Positions 16,087 through 21,943 of a stretch of DNA of 21,943 nt are shown here, one piece after another. The notes under the pieces were generated by a model. The model ran no database searches. It saw nothing but the letters and a program-made list of their open reading frames with translations, and was not told the DNA's origin. This stretch comes from an uncultured bacterium (GTDB lineage Bacteria; JAJVIF01; JAPKYR01): NCBI GenBank assembly GCA_965369865.1, contig CBDURU010000055.1, positions 1 through 21,943 on the forward strand, read 5' to 3'. Both the position numbers and the translations under genes were made by a program. How positions within the stretch are numbered: position 1 is the stretch's first letter; the number at the start of each line of letters is the position of its first letter.

Positions 16087-17736
16087 ATGACTATCTGGAA
16101 ATTAAAAACCGGAACAATATATCTTATACTGGCGGTTGCACTGACAGTAACTATCCCTGCCTGCGGTACCGGTAATGGCGTTGGGTCAAATGATACAACC
16201 GGGATTACCACCGCTGAAACTGAGGACCTTGCCACGGAGGAACCATTCGACTGGTCGACCATTACCCCAGACGTCCTCTGGCAGGTGGTATTTGAACTCT
16301 ACGAGAGCGATGGTTCCCGCTATGCTTTATCCTTTCTGGACCAGGGCATTGAAAATGGGATCGTGACCTACAACGATGCCGACCTTGTACGGGCCGGTTT
16401 TCTCTTTGAACTCGGTCGACTCGATGAAGCGTTTCTCAGGCTTACCCAATACATAATTAATACTGACCGGCCCGATCTCCTTCGATTGAGGGCTGAAATT
16501 CTGTGGGGCATATGCCGCTATGAGGACGCGCTTCGCGACTACATCTCCCTCCATGAAATGGACGCGGAACAGCCTTCGCCTGATATCCTTTTTGCAATGG
16601 CGCGGCTCTATGGCGATCTTGGCAACTGGCAGGACGCCAGGGAAATGCGGGAACGTCTGAATTCAATTGATGATTCGGATCACCTGAGTATCCGGATTGA
16701 AATTCTCGACGCTTTGCGATCCGAAGACCTGGCGAAACTCGAAGAAGCTCTTGCTTCCTCAACCGGCATATTAATTCCGGCAGATCCTCTATACGTCCTG
16801 GTGCAGATATATATAGATTATCTTGGGGGTAATATCACTGCTGCTTTGGATCGCGCCCGGGATTTCATTACAGACATTGGCTTCGATTCCAATATCGCAT
16901 TGATGCTGCTTCGCCTGGAGGCTGAAGCAGGGGAGTATGATGCTTTCAGGCAGAATCTAAGGTCAATGTTCGAGGACCTTGAAGCGGTCCAGTGGCTCGA
17001 TGCATCGCCTGATACATACCCGTCGCATGTTGGCAAACCGTTCGCGGTCGCCGACCTTCTCGACAGCGCGTCGGCTTTGGTACTTGGATCGGGCCTGAGG
17101 GAACGCGCGAGACTCCTTGCCGATCGGGCGGTTGCATTAAATCCTTACGATTATGTCGCGTATCTCCAGCTTGCAGCGGTCGATATCTCTGAATTCAAAA
17201 TCGAATCCTCGTTTGAAAACCTGGACAAAGCACTGAATTATGCGCCACCGTCGGATGTACGAACGCGTTTGAGAATCCTGCAATTCTCAACCCTGGCAGG
17301 TGAAGGTGCCGAGATTCCATGGGATCTTGAGGAACTTACACAGGACCTGGATAAACTTCTAATCCATTATGAGTCGGAGTATCCGTTGAATCCATTCTAT
17401 AAATCAGCACGAGCGGAGCTTACCGGGTACGAGGGGGATATCGATGGTGCGATTGCCCTGTACATCCGGGCGTTGGCGCTTCCAGGAGCCACACGCGAGA
17501 CATCGTTCCGCCTGGCTTACTGGCTCGCGCGCGACAGCAGGCTCGATGAGGCTATCGAGATTGTGGAAATCAGCCTTCCGCCCGGATCGCCTTACCTTAC
17601 ATGGGTAACAGCGCTGGAACAGGAAGCCGATCTTAATTCCGACCCGAATCTCCAGGAATTTGCATCGCGCGTACACGCTCATCTCGATCCGGAGAACAGC
17701 CATGCGGAATTTTTCAATCCGGTCATATCTGAATAA
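16087..17736 (+). CDS. TPR-repeat lipoprotein, paralog 1
   Basis: The ATG at 16087 gives the signal peptide MTIWKLKTGTIYLILAVALTVTIPA-C. TATAAT at 16069-16074 with no clear SD. TPR-like helices such as RAEILWGICRYEDALRDY and AVALNPYD. Confidence 0.82.
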   Translation: MTIWKLKTGTIYLILAVALTVTIPACGTGNGVGSNDTTGITTAETEDLATEEPFDWSTITPDVLWQVVFELYESDGSRYALSFLDQGIENGIVTYNDADLVRAGFLFELGRLDEAFLRLTQYIINTDRPDLLRLRAEILWGICRYEDALRDYISLHEMDAEQPSPDILFAMARLYGDLGNWQDAREMRERLNSIDDSDHLSIRIEILDALRSEDLAKLEEALASSTGILIPADPLYVLVQIYIDYLGGNITAALDRARDFITDIGFDSNIALMLLRLEAEAGEYDAFRQNLRSMFEDLEAVQWLDASPDTYPSHVGKPFAVADLLDSASALVLGSGLRERARLLADRAVALNPYDYVAYLQLAAVDISEFKIESSFENLDKALNYAPPSDVRTRLRILQFSTLAGEGAEIPWDLEELTQDLDKLLIHYESEYPLNPFYKSARAELTGYEGDIDGAIALYIRALALPGATRETSFRLAYWLARDSRLDEAIEIVEISLPPGSPYLTWVTALEQEADLNSDPNLQEFASRVHAHLDPENSHAEFFNPVISE

Positions 17737-19306
17737 CCTGTTTATTTTCGGTTTGATCGCTGTTCTGGCGTTTTTATGTTCTGGATGCTATGAAGAACCG
17801 GATCCGGTAGAGGAACTTCCCGATCCCGATGAGATCGTACTTCTTGTGGCAGATGCAATCAATGAACGGCATTATTCGGAAGCGTTGGAGCTTCTGGAAA
17901 TTTTGAAAGACCATCCCGAGGGTAATCATTTCTACGCCACGTATGCCGAAGCGTTTCTTAATACCCGGCTTGGAATATACGATGAGGCACTGGTACTGGT
18001 GAATTCACTTGACCCGGGACCATACAATCACGATCTTCTCGAACTCCGAAGCGAAATTTTAAATTCGATGGGTAATCTCCAGGGAGCGGAACGCGACCTC
18101 GAGACAATGAGACTTGCCCGGCGGGAAGGATCGTCATACCTCGAGGCGGCGATGTGGGAGATCGCGCTGGAACTGGGAGATTTTGACCTTGCGACTTTGG
18201 TTGGAAACGAGATTACGTCGAACCCCAATCCGGATATTTTCGATATGTTCACAATGTTCTCGATGGCAATCCATGACCGCGATTTTATCAGAGCCGAGCA
18301 GATCATAGAACGCCTTCCGAGCGTTCCCGGAGTGATCCAAAGCGGGACCCTTGGGTTTCACAATCCGAATATCCAGATGAAACGCGCGGAACTTATGTTC
18401 GAACGGGGTGAGGTGAACCGCGCGCTGGAAATCCTGGCAGGACTGCCTTCGACAAATCAACGATTGACATCAAGCTGGATAAGGCTGGCCGGTTATGCGA
18501 TTCATTCCGGCCGGTACGATTATGCAAGGTCGAGTGCAATCGAAGGAATTGTAAAATCCTGCGGGCAGGATATTCTTGATGAAATCGGGATTGAATATGA
18601 TGAAAGCCTGGTGACGGACGCTGACGAACCGATGCGTCATACGGAAGTAGCGTCCCTTTTAGTCATAATCGGGCTTACGTCGATCGCGGATGGCAATGCG
18701 ACTGAAGCCCTTGATTGCGGAGTTAAAGCGCTCGAGGTCAACCCGTACCATGTAAGCGCGTACGGGCTTTTATCGTCCGTGTGGGAATTCCCAGGGGATA
18801 TCGATATGGCTATCGACGAGGCTGCACGCGGAATGATTGTCTCCCCGTACAACAGGGAGCTTGCTTTAAGGTATGTCAGGCTCGCGAAAATTGCTCCTCA
18901 TGCGGTTGGCCCGTCCGATCCCGATCCGCGAATCGTGCTTGATGACCTTCTTGAGAGGGTTGAAGACCGCCATGAATATTTTCCAAACGATCCCGATGTC
19001 GCGCACCTGCTTGCACGAATTCTTGATATCGCGAGTGAGGAACCGGACAGGCGATTCGAACTTCTAAAACTGGCTTACGAGGACTCACCGCACATCCTTG
19101 AATTCGCGCTTGATTATGCTGTAGCGCTTGCGGAATCGGGTAATTGTGAGGAAGCCCTGGAAATTCTTGCCAGTAGTGAAATCCCGATGGATATGGCCTG
19201 GTTTGCCGTGTACCGGAATTCGGATCACAGTGAAGGGGCTGATGAAATGTGCGGATTTGATGATATGATTGAGAATGCTATGGGAATTCGGAATTTAGAT
19301 AATTGA
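17702..19306 (+). CDS. TPR-repeat lipoprotein, paralog 2
   Basis: The ATG at 17702 has a GGAG SD and gives a signal peptide ending LAFLCSG-C. TPR-like RSEILNSMGNLQGAERDL and ALEVNPYH. Overlaps paralog 1 by 35 nt. Confidence 0.82.
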   Translation: MRNFSIRSYLNNLFIFGLIAVLAFLCSGCYEEPDPVEELPDPDEIVLLVADAINERHYSEALELLEILKDHPEGNHFYATYAEAFLNTRLGIYDEALVLVNSLDPGPYNHDLLELRSEILNSMGNLQGAERDLETMRLARREGSSYLEAAMWEIALELGDFDLATLVGNEITSNPNPDIFDMFTMFSMAIHDRDFIRAEQIIERLPSVPGVIQSGTLGFHNPNIQMKRAELMFERGEVNRALEILAGLPSTNQRLTSSWIRLAGYAIHSGRYDYARSSAIEGIVKSCGQDILDEIGIEYDESLVTDADEPMRHTEVASLLVIIGLTSIADGNATEALDCGVKALEVNPYHVSAYGLLSSVWEFPGDIDMAIDEAARGMIVSPYNRELALRYVRLAKIAPHAVGPSDPDPRIVLDDLLERVEDRHEYFPNDPDVAHLLARILDIASEEPDRRFELLKLAYEDSPHILEFALDYAVALAESGNCEEALEILASSEIPMDMAWFAVYRNSDHSEGADEMCGFDDMIENAMGIRNLDN

Positions 19307-19335
19307 CATCATATAGTTATCCGGGAGAGGTAGAC

Positions 19336-20997
19336 ATGAAAACATTCAAAAGTACGGCTGTTCTGATTATCCTGATCTCAATTATTATGATCCCTGGTTG
19401 CAATGCTATACGCAAAATGACCGGCATGAGAGAATTTGACCGGTTGTTGAGAGATTTTTATTCCCTTGTGTATTCGGACGATTATGATGAAGCATTAAAC
19501 GTCCTCGACCGGATTGAATCTCACAATGATGGGACCGAGGAAATTATCACAGAATGCAAATGCACAATCGCAATGTACACAGGTCGGTATGATGAAGCAC
19601 TAGTTGAAGCAAACCGATTCCTTGAGGGGGAGCGACAACCTCGTATTTTAAAGATTCGCGGAGATATTTACTCATCCATGCACCGATTGGACGATGCAAG
19701 AGAGGATTATGAGACTTTCCTTGATCTTACCCGGTTTGACTTGCAAAGCCAGCGGACTTTAAGGCTCATCCCAAGCACTAATGCAAATCTGATAAGACTT
19801 GACCTTGAGGAATGGCAGTTCACTGATGCAATAGAACTACTCACGAAGTTGCGGACCGAATTTCCAGAGGATAGGGATTTATACAGACTTGAATTTGAAT
19901 TTGCAATGAAGGAACATAATTTCAGTGACGCATCTCTTGCACTTGATCTGTACGATCAGAGCATAACCATTGATTTTGAGGAATCGCGTTATATAGATTT
20001 ATATCAATCAGGAACCCACCTGCGCCGGGCCTGGCTGGAATTTGATGAGGGTGATCTGGTCGACGCGAGGGCTTTCCTTGAAAGATACCATTCTGAACGG
20101 CCTGACGCTCCCAAATATTATACATGGAACACAGATTTTGACTGGGCGCTTGGTGATTTTGAGTCCGCAAATTTCTATGCAATTGATGGGATGGTCCAGA
20201 TTGGTGCAGGTGAAATCCTCCGGGAACTTGATATCGATATCCCTCAATCAATTGTCGAACCTGATCCGGAACCTGAATATTACAGTTATTACTATGCAAC
20301 TTATTTCCTCGGCTATATTGGATCTAATTTTCTGGCATCCGGCGACCCGGCAGGGACAATAGCATGTGCCGGGAAGATGATTGATTTAAACCCGTATGAA
20401 TTGGAAGCCTATAAGTTAAAAACCTACGCTTATTTAGTCCTTGGTGAATTCGAGAATGCCCTTGAGGCATGTGAAACCGGGTTGGGTGTCAGCGATTATG
20501 AATTTTATTTAAGTCACGCTTATTTAACCGTAATGAGTTATTTAGATGATTCATCCAGGTCAAGGCTGGTTGAAAAAAATACCTTGTATAAATGGCTTGA
20601 AGCAGCTCATTCACTCTGGCCGAACGATCCAACATATTGTTCAGAACTTGGGTGGCTGTATTTATACGATGGCGACTATTCTAAGGCGGAAGAATTGTAC
20701 TTGACTGCATATCAGGAACTCCCATTGAATTATTTCTATGAGATTAATTATGCTATTGCTCTTGCACATAACGGACACTTGATAGAAGCTTACGCTATCA
20801 TTGATGAAGTGGAATCAGAGCCGGATCTTATGACTCTCTGCTTCGGGTATATTACCGTTGCCAGATCAGGATCATCAGACGGCTTAGCTCTTGTAGATTA
20901 TCTGAGAGAGAAAATGGATCCTCAAAACAACTTTGATGAATATCTAAATCCATTTATCCAGTCAGCTCAGGAAGCAGTATCAGCAAACGAAGAATGA
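19336..20997 (+). CDS. TPR-repeat lipoprotein, paralog 3
   Basis: The ATG at 19336 has a GGAGAGGT SD and gives MKTFKSTAVLIILISIIMIPG-C. TPR-like RGDIYSSMHRLDDAREDY, MIDLNPYE and LGWLYLYDGDYSKAEELY. Confidence 0.82.
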   Translation: MKTFKSTAVLIILISIIMIPGCNAIRKMTGMREFDRLLRDFYSLVYSDDYDEALNVLDRIESHNDGTEEIITECKCTIAMYTGRYDEALVEANRFLEGERQPRILKIRGDIYSSMHRLDDAREDYETFLDLTRFDLQSQRTLRLIPSTNANLIRLDLEEWQFTDAIELLTKLRTEFPEDRDLYRLEFEFAMKEHNFSDASLALDLYDQSITIDFEESRYIDLYQSGTHLRRAWLEFDEGDLVDARAFLERYHSERPDAPKYYTWNTDFDWALGDFESANFYAIDGMVQIGAGEILRELDIDIPQSIVEPDPEPEYYSYYYATYFLGYIGSNFLASGDPAGTIACAGKMIDLNPYELEAYKLKTYAYLVLGEFENALEACETGLGVSDYEFYLSHAYLTVMSYLDDSSRSRLVEKNTLYKWLEAAHSLWPNDPTYCSELGWLYLYDGDYSKAEELYLTAYQELPLNYFYEINYAIALAHNGHLIEAYAIIDEVESEPDLMTLCFGYITVARSGSSDGLALVDYLREKMDPQNNFDEYLNPFIQSAQEAVSANEE

Positions 20998-21686
20998 AAA
21001 AAGACCAGATTAAAAAATTCATCGGGTTCAATGGCAACTCCCGGCGTATACGTGCTCTCAACACGAGGCTTAACAAAATTTACGGCCCGTTTAAACCGTT
21101 CAAACCAAAGGACGGAGTTGAGGAGCTTATTGTTACCGTTCTCAGCCAGAACACAAATGATGTGAATCGCGACAGGGCGTTTTCAAATTTGATCGATAAA
21201 TTTCCAACCTGGGACGATATTCTTGCCGCCCGACAGAAAAAAATTGAGAACGCGATACGTGTGGGTGGACTTGCTAACACGAAATCGAGGGCGATAAAAA
21301 AAATCCTGAGGGAAATAAAATCACGTTACGGCAGATTCACGCTCGATCCGATTGCAAAACTCCCCATCGACGAAGCCATTGAGACATTAACAAAGCTCCC
21401 GAATGTCGGGATAAAAACCGCCGCATGTGTGCTGGTTTTTTCGTTCGGCAAACCCGTCATTCCGGTCGATACGCATGTCCACCGGCTTTCCAGACGTCTG
21501 GGACTGGTGAGTGAAAAAGCGACGCGGGATCAGACGTTTTATATTTTGATGGATATCGTGCCCGAAAAGCTTAGGTACCCGTTCCATATTTATTTAATAA
21601 AACACGGCAGGAACGTGTGTAAATCGCAGAGGCCGAAGTGTGGAGAGTGTGCATTGGCGGATTTATGTCCATCGGCGGGATATTAA
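20994..21686 (+). CDS. nth: Endonuclease III family DNA glycosylase/AP lyase (HhH-GPD, 4Fe-4S)
   Basis: VLSQNTND, HhH LTKLPNVGIKTA with catalytic Lys, PVDTHV with catalytic Asp, and the FeS motif C-x6-C-x2-C-x5-C (CKSQRPKCGECALADLC). ATGA overlap with the previous gene. Confidence 0.92.
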   Translation: MKKDQIKKFIGFNGNSRRIRALNTRLNKIYGPFKPFKPKDGVEELIVTVLSQNTNDVNRDRAFSNLIDKFPTWDDILAARQKKIENAIRVGGLANTKSRAIKKILREIKSRYGRFTLDPIAKLPIDEAIETLTKLPNVGIKTAACVLVFSFGKPVIPVDTHVHRLSRRLGLVSEKATRDQTFYILMDIVPEKLRYPFHIYLIKHGRNVCKSQRPKCGECALADLCPSAGY

Positions 21687-21713
21687 ACTCACTCACTATT
21701 AAGGTCAATTCCG

Positions 21714-21888
21714 TTAAACAAAAATTAATTGGACATATTTAGGATTGATATACGTCGACAAGCACGTTCGACCCGGAGATTTTTAAAGGCGCGCGGGGAT
21801 GGAGATGTCATACTCAGCGTGTCGACGCCACGCGTTTAGGGGTGTTAAATAGATTAAAAAAAATTGATTGGATATATTGAGGATTGAT
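21714..21888. repeat. Imperfect ~35-bp direct repeat, two copies (21714-21749 and 21854-21888)
   Basis: TTAAACAAAAATTAATTGGACATATTTAGGATTGAT vs TTAAA-AAAAATTGATTGGATATATTGAGGATTGAT (1 indel, 3 substitutions). Confidence 0.85.
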
Positions 21889-21889
21889 G

Positions 21890-21934
21890 GGGACACCTCT
21901 TTTCGCCCGTCGAAAAGCAGGTGGAGATAGTCCC
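21890..21934. repeat. GC-closed hairpin, probably related to the 14207-14310 elements
   Basis: GGGAC-ACCT-CTTTTCG-[CCCGT]-CGAAAAG-C-AGGT-(GGAGATA)-GTCCC. Confidence 0.65.
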
Positions 21935-21943
21935 GAATTTAGT

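Noticed and set aside
21713..21850. GTTAAAC and GTTAAAT as integron attC core sites
   Set aside because: They match GTTRRRY, but I found no complementary RYYYAAC with L boxes at a suitable distance, no cassette ORF and no integrase.
21714..21888. Direct repeats as a CRISPR remnant
   Set aside because: The spacer is ~104 nt, the repeats are non-palindromic with 4 differences, and only two copies are visible.

Overview
Bacterial chromosomal window, almost all on the + strand. It has a housekeeping backbone: 5'-truncated smc, ftsY, an unknown 100-aa ORF, ffh; then an acyl-CoA dehydrogenase, a short-chain polyprenyl diphosphate synthase, gmk, rpoZ, coaBC; and nth at the right end. The smc-ftsY-x-ffh and gmk-rpoZ-coaBC orders resemble Firmicutes/Terrabacteria, but I cannot assign taxonomy. 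Interleaved genes of unclear function are: a non-YlxM ORF in the usual ylxM slot, two small overlapping paralogous helical proteins after ffh, a 4-TM membrane protein, an exported protein made of two full PrsA-like (chaperone + parvulin) modules lacking the parvulin histidines, a Met-rich lipoprotein, a sulfatase-fold protein with Thr at the nucleophile position (- strand), and three tandem paralogous TPR lipoproteins. Non-coding structure includes three copies of a 32-bp hairpin repeat flanking ftsY, a nested inverted-repeat pair at 14207-14310, and a ~35-bp direct repeat at the right edge, each copy followed by a different hairpin. I saw no rRNA, tRNA, CRISPR array, transposase or integrase. 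All calls come from reading motifs by eye; no database searches were run.
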